DNA from: Clostridia bacterium | Lineage (GTDB): Bacteria > Bacillota > Clostridia > Christensenellales > CAG-917 | DNA length: 64,000 nucleotides | Assembly (NCBI GenBank): GCA_045613765.1 | Contig: JAZLBO010000022.1 | Span: 15,854-79,853 of the forward strand | Reading direction: 5' to 3' | Part shown: in pieces, positions 9,064 through 16,442 of the stretch | Layout of the letters: every line of letters begins with the position of its first letter | Position numbering within the stretch: the stretch's first letter is position 1 | Program-made: the position numbers and the translations under genes | Notes under the pieces: model-generated | The model's database searches: none | The model's input: the letters and a program-made list of their open reading frames with translations, nothing else | What the model was told of the DNA's origin: nothing

Positions 9064-9555
9064 GTGACAGATTTTGAAAAGATATACGCTCAATACTTTG
9101 AGGGCGTATACAGATACGTCTTTTCGCTTTGTAAAAACCAATCCGTTGCAGAAGACATAAGCCAAGATGCGTTTTATAAGGCAATGGAACACATGGATCA
9201 ATTTGACGGACAATGCAAGTTATATACTTGGTTGTGCCAAATTGCCAAAAACACATATTTTACATACGCAAAAAAGCAAAGTCGCCATACGGCAGAAACA
9301 GACGTCAGTTTGTGCGAGCCCTCAGAGCCAAATTTTGAAGAAAAACTTTTGAAAAAGGAATCTGCGTGGGAAATTCACAAACTGATACACCAACTTAGCG
9401 AGCCATACAAGGAAGTTTTCTCATTGCGAGTCTTTGGAGAATTGTCCTTCTCACAAATCGGGGAACTATTTGGCAAAACGGACAGTTGGGCAAGACTAAT
9501 TTTCTATCGAGCAAAAAAGGAATTAAGGAGAGATAGTGATGAAGACAAATTGTGA
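9064..9555 (+). CDS. ECF-type RNA polymerase sigma factor (sigma-70 family, group 4)
   Basis: ORF track gives 9025..9555. GTG 9064 follows GAGGAGGTGA. Region 2 is YRYVFSLCKNQSVAEDISQDAFYKA. Region 4 is FSLRVFGELSFSQIGELFGKTDSWARLIFYRAKKELR. Confidence 0.85.
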   Translation: MTDFEKIYAQYFEGVYRYVFSLCKNQSVAEDISQDAFYKAMEHMDQFDGQCKLYTWLCQIAKNTYFTYAKKQSRHTAETDVSLCEPSEPNFEEKLLKKESAWEIHKLIHQLSEPYKEVFSLRVFGELSFSQIGELFGKTDSWARLIFYRAKKELRRDSDEDKL

Positions 9556-10306
9556 TATTATTCAAGACATACTACCACTCTACTGCGACAACGTTTGCAG
9601 TGAAGTAAGCAGACAAACAGTTGAAGAACATATAAAAGAGTGCGAAAACTGCAGAAACGATTTAATGCAAATGCAAAAGGAAGTCAAGGAGCAAGCACCC
9701 AAACTTGACGAAAAGAAAGTTGCCAAATCTGCAAAATCTGCTTGGAACAAGAAAAAAACAATTGCCTTTGTGGCAGGTTGCCTTGCTGTCTTGTTAGTTA
9801 TATCTGTGGGGATAGTGGCAGGTTTGACATTTCACATAGCATATTCCGTCGACGGAAACGACTATGAGGCAATGGCAAAGCATGCACAACAATATCGCGA
9901 CTATGGAGAATTAACCATAGAAAAAGTTGCAATTAGAGGGAATTACTTGGCTGCTCTATGCAAAAATGAAGACGGCGAGTGGCTTATGTATGAATTTGAA
10001 CGTGACGGTATATTCCGCAATCGCTGGGTTGTATCAGGTGGAACAATGGGCATACAAGAAGGTGCTATATTCGGCACATTCAATTATGGAAGTCCCATGG
10101 GAGAAGCCGTAATTATCGTCTTCGGTGGAGATATTCCCGATGAAGTGCATAGTTATAAGCTTGAAGTTGGCGGAATAACATATATTTGCCCTATTGATGG
10201 TGATACTGTATTAGATATTTATGTAATACAGGATGAAAATGACATCAGTGCAACTCCTCATGCTTTGGATGCAAATGGAGAAGAAATTCCCGGATATCTT
10301 TATTAA
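9539..10306 (+). CDS. zinc-finger (zf-HC2, H-x3-C-x2-C) anti-sigma factor, single-pass membrane
   Basis: Overlaps the sigma gene's 3' end. HIKECENC motif, one TM (IAFVAGCLAVLLVISVGIVAGL) and an extracytoplasmic domain of about 150 aa. Confidence 0.8.
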   Translation: MKTNCDIIQDILPLYCDNVCSEVSRQTVEEHIKECENCRNDLMQMQKEVKEQAPKLDEKKVAKSAKSAWNKKKTIAFVAGCLAVLLVISVGIVAGLTFHIAYSVDGNDYEAMAKHAQQYRDYGELTIEKVAIRGNYLAALCKNEDGEWLMYEFERDGIFRNRWVVSGGTMGIQEGAIFGTFNYGSPMGEAVIIVFGGDIPDEVHSYKLEVGGITYICPIDGDTVLDIYVIQDENDISATPHALDANGEEIPGYLY

Positions 10307-10331
10307 ATAACGTTTGTATCCACCATATAAC

Positions 10332-10362
10332 AAAACGCACCTTGTTTGGGTGCGTTTTTTGT
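10332..10362. terminator. bidirectional rho-independent terminator (homologous to 8396..8424)
   Basis: AAACGCACC-ttgttt-GGGTGCGTTT followed by a T-run. The flanking sequence is near-identical to the 8.4-kb copy. Confidence 0.8.
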
Positions 10363-10384
10363 TTTATAAAACTTCTCTATTAAG

Positions 10385-10732
10385 TTAAAAATAAAAATAT
10401 GGCAACTGATTATATTCGGGGTTATTTCTATATCGGTCAGGGAGATTTGGGTTTGGCATTGAGTAATCAATGATGCAACCACCTACTATCTCAAGCTCCT
10501 CAACAAGCTTAGATTCATACTGAGGAAACTTAACCTTGTTTAAATACACCTTTACAAATCGCTCGTCGCCAGGAAACGGCGGGTATTTCTTTCTGAGCCT
10601 CTCCGCTTCGGGTGAGGTCCCGCGCAACCACTCGCAATATTCCATGCAATAATCATCCAAATTGTCTGCCACCTCATTGGGCACCAAGTACACGTTGCAA
10701 CTATAGACGCCGCCAAGCAATACCTTTTTCAT
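10385..10732 (-). CDS. hypothetical small cytoplasmic protein, paralog 2
   Basis: 115 aa. MKKVLLGGVYSCNVYLVPNEVADNL...NLPDRYRNNPEYNQLPYFYF. Paralog of 8447..8818. Confidence 0.75.
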   Translation of the reverse strand: MKKVLLGGVYSCNVYLVPNEVADNLDDYCMEYCEWLRGTSPEAERLRKKYPPFPGDERFVKVYLNKVKFPQYESKLVEELEIVGGCIIDYSMPNPNLPDRYRNNPEYNQLPYFYF

Positions 10733-10765
10733 ATTTCTTTCCTTTTGTTTCTTGTTGTATATATT

Positions 10766-10793
10766 ATTATAGCAACATTGATGGGTTTGTCAA
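10766..10793 (-). promoter_or_regulatory. consensus sigma-A promoter of paralog 2
   Basis: Minus strand reads TTGACA, 16 nt, TGcTATAAT. Same architecture as 8850..8877. Confidence 0.7.
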
Positions 10794-10799
10794 CATAGC

Positions 10800-11357
10800 T
10801 CAAACAGGACTTATAAAAAGAGGTAGATTCGGTGGCGCATAGGTGAACGTGACAAAGAGTGCACCTATCACTATTATGACTGTCAATGACAAGACACTCC
10901 ACACCTTTCTACATCCGCCCTCCGCCCTTTTGAAGAGCATATACTCTACGGCGTAGGCGCAGATGTCTGCCCACATAAATATGGATATGTTGAGCCAATC
11001 GGGAGATTTGCCAAAGGCTCCGTTGTAGGTGTAAAACACCATGGGGATAAACGCAATCCCAACCACTATTCCAACAAGTTTGACGGCAAAAAAGCAAGGG
11101 TATTCGTGACGGAAGAAAAACCACTGCACCACACCAAACAACAACATTGGCACGTATAATATCTTCATGTGTTGCCACGTGCTTTCATCTATGGCAGAAA
11201 AGGGTTTGACAACACCACTTTGCCCCGTCCAGTCGTACAAAAAATGTAAAACAGTGCCAAGTATCGCCACCGTCAGCACTCCACCAACACACCACCAAAA
11301 CAATTTATCTCTTGCCGACGCCCTGATTTTCATACAAATAGTGTATGATTTCACCAC
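10800..11357 (-). CDS. multi-pass membrane protein, DUF6512-like
   Basis: 185 aa with about 5 TM segments. LGTVLHFLYDWTG...FSAIDESTWQHMKILYVPML fits the pattern I recall for DUF6512. The start is uncertain: GTG 11357 or ATG 11333. Confidence 0.6.
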   Translation of the reverse strand: MVKSYTICMKIRASARDKLFWWCVGGVLTVAILGTVLHFLYDWTGQSGVVKPFSAIDESTWQHMKILYVPMLLFGVVQWFFFRHEYPCFFAVKLVGIVVGIAFIPMVFYTYNGAFGKSPDWLNISIFMWADICAYAVEYMLFKRAEGGCRKVWSVLSLTVIIVIGALFVTFTYAPPNLPLFISPV

Positions 11358-11394
11358 CGCTTTTATACGCTTTCACTCAACTCCCTGCAAAACG

Positions 11395-11436
11395 GCAAAA
11401 AAAGCCTAACTTGAACACGCAGTTCAAGTTAGGCTT
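11395..11436 (-). terminator. rho-independent terminator of the toxin/immunity-like cassette
   Basis: Perfect 14-bp stem AGCCTAACTTGAAC / GTTCAAGTTAGGCT. T-run on the minus strand. Confidence 0.85.
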
Positions 11437-11532
11437 TGTCTGGTAGAAAGTTCGGTGTATAAACCGATATTTATATTACGAATATTGATTTATGTAAAAT
11501 GTTTTGTGGTTAACAAGCCGATTTATGATGAC

Positions 11533-12018
11533 CTATTTTATCACCTTTAAATCTTCTATTTTAACAGAAATGCAATCCCCATAAAAATTGCCTTTTTCAT
11601 CAATGCCAGAAAAATCTACTTCTATATAGTTTTGGACAGCAGTGTTGTTCATTACACATCCTCTGTCACCTTTGGCTATACCCAACTTTGTATATTCTTC
11701 CGCATCAACCATCAATTCAACCATGTCATATTCATTAATTACAACTGGTTGTAAGACATTTGTCGCTTTCTTCAAAATATTCTTTATATTTTCATATAGT
11801 TCTTGTTGTATTTTATGCGGCAATTTCTCTTTATCTGCGCTTAAATCATGAATGTTTACATCAACTACTGCACAATTGCCTATATTTTGAGGATTAAAAA
11901 ATAAAACAGAAATGGTGTCTGCATTTTTGCCCATGACAACACCATGCATGTCTTTTTGCAAATTATTTTTTATGTATGGTTTTTCATTTGTCAATTTTAC
12001 CAAATCATACGTTCTCAT
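11533..12018 (-). CDS. tandem DUF4926-like protein (candidate immunity/antitoxin)
   Basis: ATG 12018 overlaps the upstream stop (ATGA). Two SH3-like halves: YDLVKL...MHGVVMG... and YDMVELMV...GDRGCVMN...IEVDF. Confidence 0.65.
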   Translation of the reverse strand: MRTYDLVKLTNEKPYIKNNLQKDMHGVVMGKNADTISVLFFNPQNIGNCAVVDVNIHDLSADKEKLPHKIQQELYENIKNILKKATNVLQPVVINEYDMVELMVDAEEYTKLGIAKGDRGCVMNNTAVQNYIEVDFSGIDEKGNFYGDCISVKIEDLKVIK

Positions 12019-12599
12019 TTTATCCAACCCCCAAACGGTGTGGTGTTCCTGATTTCACCCTCAGGACAAAGCAGCCAACCACTATAAAAAGTTTTTCCAT
12101 TTAGTTTTATAGGAATTGCCAATCGTTGTCCATTTTTGTCCAAATTCTTTAATACATAATCCCCTAACAAATATTGATTTATTGCTTGTTTGCAGTATTC
12201 GTTTTGTAAATATGAAGAATCATTTATATCAAAACCTAAATCATAAAATATTTTGTTTTTACCTTTTGAAACTTCTGTGGCTTTAAAAACATATTCAGTA
12301 AATTTTCTTATATCGCATTCTGCTGATGATTTGTTTTTGACCTTTGAGTATGCTATATCCTTTTTATGGCAGTCGCAATTTTCATGAAGCGGTTGTTCGG
12401 GCATATTTCTTGCTGCCAAAAAACAACCATCCAGTGCCGAACAACTCATACAGTGGCCAAGCAAAGCCATTATATTACGCAAAATCTCTCTTAACCATTT
12501 TGGCTTGTTAGGAATTGAGAAGTGGTCCCACTCTATCCATTGATTAAAAACAATTTCGCCATCTTTACCAATTTGAATTAAATCATTAAATATACCCAT
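12015..12599 (-). CDS. MuF/SPP1-gp7 C-terminal signature fused to a DUF6883-like module (candidate orphan polymorphic-toxin tip)
   Basis: 194 aa. RBS AGAGGAG. HCMSCSALDGCF...PEQPLHENCDCH matches the C-x2-C...P-L-H-x-N-C-x-C end of the MuF domain. C-terminus reads KFTEYVFK...GKNKIFYDLGFD... Confidence 0.6.
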   Translation of the reverse strand: MGIFNDLIQIGKDGEIVFNQWIEWDHFSIPNKPKWLREILRNIMALLGHCMSCSALDGCFLAARNMPEQPLHENCDCHKKDIAYSKVKNKSSAECDIRKFTEYVFKATEVSKGKNKIFYDLGFDINDSSYLQNEYCKQAINQYLLGDYVLKNLDKNGQRLAIPIKLNGKTFYSGWLLCPEGEIRNTTPFGGWIK

Positions 12600-12829
12600 A
12601 GTATAACAAATCTCCTCTTAAAATGCAAAAGTTTAGAGAAATAATAGCGTGTTTCAGTCCTTGCAGCCATGCGTTTTTTTGATTTTCAAAACAACTTGTT
12701 ATGAAATACTATTTTTTCGTCCAAATAATTGATTAATTAAATGCTATCACGAGAATTTTGCATATTCAAGACTTTGTGCCAATTATTTTTTTTAACGCGT
12801 TCGGGAAAATCTGCATTGAGAAAACCACC

Positions 12830-12970
12830 TATTAGGGATTTGTAGCGAACTTGTGAGCGTAATAGCGAAGCGAGTGTGCTTGCATACGTGAGTGGAGCGC
12901 CAGCCTGGCGTGGCAGGGTTCAGTGCCATACAACTATGGCACAGGTGCATAGCACCAAAATCCCTGCGAA
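12830..12970 (-). other. GC-rich structured intergenic element, copy A (related to 40417..40830)
   Basis: Minus strand reads GGCTGGCG, 21 nt, CACTCGCT, t, CGCTATTACGCTCAC, colinear with copy B. Contains an 8-bp hairpin GTGCCATA-caac-TATGGCAC (12923-12942) enclosed by GCAGGG/CCCTGC. Confidence 0.45.
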
Positions 12971-12975
12971 ACGAC

Positions 12976-13010
12976 AAAAAAAGGACATCGAGATTGATGT
13001 CCTTTTATTT
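12976..13010. terminator. bidirectional terminator downstream of tRNA-Ser
   Basis: AAGGACATC-gagatt-GATGTCCTT flanked by an A-run and a T-run. Confidence 0.8.
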
Positions 13011-13102
13011 TGGCGGAGAAGCAGGGATTTGAACCCTGGCTACGATTCTCTCGTACTACTCCCTTAGCAGGGGAGCCCCTTCGGCCTCTTGGGTACTTCT
13101 CC
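13011..13102 (-). tRNA. tRNA-Ser (anticodon GCU), CCA encoded
   Basis: Manual fold of the 92-nt sequence. Acceptor GGAGAAG/CTTCTCC. Anticodon stem CTCCC/GGGAG with loop CT-GCT-AA. Long variable arm (TACGA/TCGTA). T-arm CAGGG-TTCAAAT-CCCTG. Ends in G-CCA. Confidence 0.9.
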
Positions 13103-13140
13103 ATATTGCCGAATATTCAGTGCATTTTTAATGCTTGATA

Positions 13141-13169
13141 ATGATAGCACAGAGAGTGGCTGTTGTCAA
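13141..13169 (-). promoter_or_regulatory. sigma-A-type promoter for tRNA-Ser
   Basis: Minus strand reads TTGACA, 17 nt, TGcTATCAT. About 40 nt upstream of the mature tRNA 5' end. Confidence 0.55.
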
Positions 13170-13263
13170 TAATTTTTGCCGATTTTCATATTTTATCCTA
13201 ATACAATTGCTAAAACGGAAGATTATATTGGCTTTGAGCGGGTAGGTTTCGGTGGCAAAAGGG

Positions 13264-13291
13264 TTGCAATTTTGTTGATGTGTGGTATAAT
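13264..13291 (+). promoter_or_regulatory. sigma-A-type promoter of the 72-aa gene
   Basis: TTGCAA, 16 nt, TGgTATAAT (extended -10). Confidence 0.55.
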
Positions 13292-13325
13292 GATTTCGAA
13301 AAAACAATTTTTTAAGGAGAGAAAT

Positions 13326-13544
13326 ATGGAACAATTCATGCACAAAGAAGCAATTATCACTGTTGCCGGTAGAGGTGCATCACATGGCACGTTTTATATC
13401 GGGAAGATAGTGAATATTGATGGGGATTTTGTTGAAATCGCATATGATCCAACAAAAAAAATGAACAGGTTACACCACGATTCTAATGCAACAGGCAGAG
13501 CGCTTGTGAACAAGAGATATTTGGTGTACATTGACTTGCTGTAA
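13326..13544 (+). CDS. hypothetical small protein (72 aa)
   Basis: ORF track gives 13176..13544. ATG 13326 is preceded by AAGGAGAG. No recognisable family. Confidence 0.55.
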   Translation: MEQFMHKEAIITVAGRGASHGTFYIGKIVNIDGDFVEIAYDPTKKMNRLHHDSNATGRALVNKRYLVYIDLL

Positions 13545-13565
13545 TGTTGTATTAAATATCATCAC

Positions 13566-13601
13566 AAAAAAGGAAAGGATGCCCTGCTCGGCATCCTTTT
13601 T
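13566..13601. terminator. bidirectional rho-independent terminator
   Basis: GGATGCC-ctgctc-GGCATCC with an A-run and a T-run. Lies between convergent genes. Confidence 0.75.
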
Positions 13602-13613
13602 AAGTGTTTGATC

Positions 13614-14384
13614 TTAATATATGTTTGGCTCTTTGTATGGTCCTCTTTCGATACTATTGAGATCTATATAGTAATTGTTGTGATACATATCTGCAAATTT
13701 TCGTGCCTCATATCCTTCCCTTTCAAAATAGATATCAACCAAGCAACCTGTGTAAAGTTCGAAATTTTCTTCAAAGTATGTGCTTTTGTAGTCAAATCCA
13801 TCCACAGTACAATAAAAGTGAGGATGTGGTGCAGATATGATTGAGGCAACGGTTGCCCTAATCTTGACCCCCGTTTCAATGAGTTTTTGTATGCGTTCTT
13901 GTTCTTTTCGCTTTCTTATACACGATACAACGGCATAAACGACAATTGAAAGGAAAATCAAGGAACCTGCAACAATAATCCCTATTGCAAGGCCATAAGA
14001 TTCTTTTGCATTTGCTATGGGAGTATCGGGGTTGCGCTCATCATACGTAACGGTGACAGTTTGCCCCACTTTCATTTTAATGTTAGAGCCCGGCAATTTG
14101 GCGTCTTCATAAGTTTTGTCATCTACGGTGTAAGTCACATATACGTCACGCACTTTCGTAATAATACGCCTTCCGTCCGGTTTTTCTTCTATGGTCTCGT
14201 ATTCGTCTATTGAAGTTATAACGGCAGATGTTTCTCTATAGTACACCTTGTCTTTGTTGGTTTTTACAATCATAAAACTGCCTGCCACAACAAATAAAAC
14301 AGCCACAAGCAACAAGATTATTTTAACATAAATTGGATTTTTCGTTTTTGCCGGATTCAATATAATCCTTTCATCCTTGGACAT
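13614..14384 (-). CDS. DUF3592-like membrane protein
   Basis: 256 aa. TM, beta-rich domain, TM architecture (IILLLVAVLFVVAGSFMIV...GLAIGIIVAGSLIFLSIVVYAVV) plus an extra C-terminal domain. RBS GGAGAT. Confidence 0.65.
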   Translation of the reverse strand: MSKDERIILNPAKTKNPIYVKIILLLVAVLFVVAGSFMIVKTNKDKVYYRETSAVITSIDEYETIEEKPDGRRIITKVRDVYVTYTVDDKTYEDAKLPGSNIKMKVGQTVTVTYDERNPDTPIANAKESYGLAIGIIVAGSLIFLSIVVYAVVSCIRKRKEQERIQKLIETGVKIRATVASIISAPHPHFYCTVDGFDYKSTYFEENFELYTGCLVDIYFEREGYEARKFADMYHNNYYIDLNSIERGPYKEPNIY

Positions 14385-14416
14385 AGTACATCTCCTATTT
14401 CAATAATGATAATATT

Positions 14417-14445
14417 ATTTTATCAAAATTTCATAATCTATGCAA
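14417..14445 (-). promoter_or_regulatory. sigma-A-type promoter of 13614..14384
   Basis: Minus strand reads TTGCAT, 17 nt, TAAAAT. Confidence 0.5.
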
Positions 14446-14573
14446 GTTCTTTGATGCCAACGGCACTTTTTTTTACAACAATCTTGCCATCAATAATTAT
14501 ACGCATATTGACAAAATCGCAGTTTTATTCCATATTTTAACCACAATAAAACCCTTGTTTTGTCAATATAATC

Positions 14574-14607
14574 AAAAAAATATCTCTGCTGTTATTGCAG
14601 AGATATG
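14574..14607. terminator. rho-independent terminator after 14648..15451
   Basis: ATATCTCTGC-tgttat-GCAGAGATAT 10-bp stem. A7 upstream, T-rich downstream. Confidence 0.8.
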
Positions 14608-14647
14608 CTTTGTTTTCGGTTGGTTTTGTGAGTTGATTTTGCTTTTG

Positions 14648-15451
14648 TCAAATCTCGTCTGTGGATGATATGGCATTGTGATTGCGCTGTTCATCCTTGC
14701 CGACAACCATGTGTTTATTGCCTGCGTTGTCAATGTATTCCTTTTTGATAAGGACTTCTCCGTTTTTGGTTGCTTCCTTTTCGAGCTGGGCAAGTTCATA
14801 TCCAGAGCGATCGCCGTACTTATCTTTGCCTTCAGCAAGTCTCTTTTCCTTCTTTGCAAAACTTGTGAGATAGAAAGTGATAAAGAGTGCCACTGCAAGA
14901 ATAATAAATCCGTACAAAACAAAGTCCGTGTAGCCTTCAGGCACAAGGGCGACGATAAGTGTCAATATGCCTGCTGCAATGATATTGCCAATAAACACAG
15001 ACAATGCTGCTTTCCACAACTTAAAGTCCAGTATGCTTGCGATTGCACTGCCCGTCCAACTGCCTGTCATGGGCAACGGCACTGCCACAAACACCAAGAC
15101 ACCCCAAAACTTTTTGGCGTCCATAGACAATTTTTTCTTGCCCTTGCCGTCTTTGTCAAGTTCGGGCGCTCTTTCGTTCAAGTTGTTTTCAAGAGCCTTG
15201 CCAAGTTTGCCAAAGGTTTTGCTTTGTTTCATTTTGCGAATAAGGGGGCGTATGACAAGGATAAGAGGCACAACCATCAATGATGAGCCTGCCACACAAC
15301 AAAACATCCCTGCCACCATATTCACATCCATGCCACTCATGAATATAATTGCCCCACGAAGTTCGATAATGGGGATAATGGATATGATGAACAAGGTCAA
15401 GTAATCGTTGCCTGTCAACTCTCTAAAAAATGTGATAATTGTTTCTGTCAT
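14648..15451 (-). CDS. putative small multidrug export family (COG2426-type) membrane protein with C-terminal extension
   Basis: 267 aa. The IIPIIELRGAII motif is typical of this family. About 70-aa charged C-terminal tail. Confidence 0.7.
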   Translation of the reverse strand: MTETIITFFRELTGNDYLTLFIISIIPIIELRGAIIFMSGMDVNMVAGMFCCVAGSSLMVVPLILVIRPLIRKMKQSKTFGKLGKALENNLNERAPELDKDGKGKKKLSMDAKKFWGVLVFVAVPLPMTGSWTGSAIASILDFKLWKAALSVFIGNIIAAGILTLIVALVPEGYTDFVLYGFIILAVALFITFYLTSFAKKEKRLAEGKDKYGDRSGYELAQLEKEATKNGEVLIKKEYIDNAGNKHMVVGKDEQRNHNAISSTDEI

Positions 15452-15554
15452 ATTGCACCTTGAAAGGAATTATATATCAAAAGTTTTCGCCCGTCAACAA
15501 AACTCATACCTATTATACTTGCCTAAAACCACCATTATGCATTATAATAAAAGC

Positions 15555-16301
15555 ATGCAAAAGATACTTTCAGCAATGCGCAGAGCAATCCAAGACTACG
15601 ATATGATCCAAGACGGCGACAAAATCTTCGTCGGTCTTTCTGGTGGAAAGGATAGCACGCTGCTTTTGGCAGGCCTGAAGGCCTATCAACGCTTTTCTCC
15701 AGAGCGCTTTACCCTTGAGGCCATAACCATTGATATGGGGCTTAAAGATGCCAATAAAGAGGAAATGAATGCGTTGACTGCTTGGTGCGAGTCTATGGAC
15801 GTCCCACATCACGTTGTAAGCACCGATATAGCCGAGATAGTCTTCGAGGCAAGGCAAGAGTCCAATCCGTGTTCACTGTGCGCTAAAATGCGTCGTGGCG
15901 CGTTGAACAGCACTCTCTTGGAACTTGGTGGTGGCAAACTCGCACTTGGACACAACGCAGATGACGTGGCAGAAACAATGCTCCTTTCATTGCTCTATGA
16001 AGGAAGATTCTCTTGTTTCTCCCCCACGGCATATATGGACAAGAAAGGCGTGCACCTTATCCGTCCTATGATATACCTTGAGGAATATGACGTCCGTAGC
16101 ACCGTGGATAGACTTGGCTTGCCCATCGTCAACAACCCCTGCCCTATGAACCATACAAGCAAGAGAGAGTATGCAAAGGATCTCATCAAGCATATCTGCA
16201 AAGATATTCCCTTTGCAAAAGACAGAATACTTGGTGCAATCTACCACCCCGAACGCAACAATCTCTGGCAAAAACCCGAAAAGAAAGACGACAAAGAATA
16301 A
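15555..16301 (+). CDS. PP-loop ATPase, TtcA-family tRNA thiolation enzyme-like
   Basis: ORF track starts at 15408, which would overlap the divergent gene. ATG 15555 (MQKILSAMRRAI...) is preferred. SGGKDS PP-loop, CSLCAKMRRG and NPCPM Cys motifs. Confidence 0.8.
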   Translation: MQKILSAMRRAIQDYDMIQDGDKIFVGLSGGKDSTLLLAGLKAYQRFSPERFTLEAITIDMGLKDANKEEMNALTAWCESMDVPHHVVSTDIAEIVFEARQESNPCSLCAKMRRGALNSTLLELGGGKLALGHNADDVAETMLLSLLYEGRFSCFSPTAYMDKKGVHLIRPMIYLEEYDVRSTVDRLGLPIVNNPCPMNHTSKREYAKDLIKHICKDIPFAKDRILGAIYHPERNNLWQKPEKKDDKE

Positions 16302-16325
16302 TCAAACAAATAACAATGACAATAT

Positions 16326-16352
16326 AAAAAGACGGAACACTCCGTCTTTTTT
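16326..16352. terminator. rho-independent terminator after the TtcA-like gene
   Basis: GACGGA-acac-TCCGTC flanked by A5 and T6. Confidence 0.7.
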
Positions 16353-16396
16353 CTTTTATCAACCGTGATTTGCTCGCCTTCGTATTTCAGCAACAC

Positions 16397-16425
16397 AAAA
16401 AAACACCGACAATTCAGTCGGTGTT
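16397..16425 (-). terminator. rho-independent terminator ending the ribosomal super-operon
   Basis: AACACCGAC-aattca-GTCGGTGTT. A7 on the plus strand gives a T-run on the minus strand, right after the rplQ stop. Confidence 0.8.
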
Positions 16426-16442
16426 TTAATGTTGGTTATCAA

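Noticed and set aside
12912-12967. tRNA-like T-arm on the plus strand in element A (GCAGGGTTCA...AAATCCCTGC), read as a pseudo-tRNA or att duplicate of tRNA-Ser
   Set aside because: The putative T-loop is interrupted by about 35 nt that forms its own hairpin. There is no acceptor or anticodon arm. The direct match to tRNA-Ser is only 9 nt (AGGGATTTG at 12834-12842). This is insufficient to call an att site or a tRNA pseudogene.
12792-13067. Two ~60-aa ORFs (12792..12977 minus, 12876..13067 plus)
   Set aside because: They overlap element A, a terminator and the tRNA gene. There is no RBS, and the translations are Arg/Cys/His-rich noise from GC-rich structured DNA.
15408-15554. Upstream extension of the TtcA-like ORF
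   Set aside because: It would overlap the divergent gene 14648..15451 and encodes non-homologous sequence. The PP-loop protein aligns from MQKILSAMRRAI (ATG 15555). ATG 15537 remains a possible alternative.
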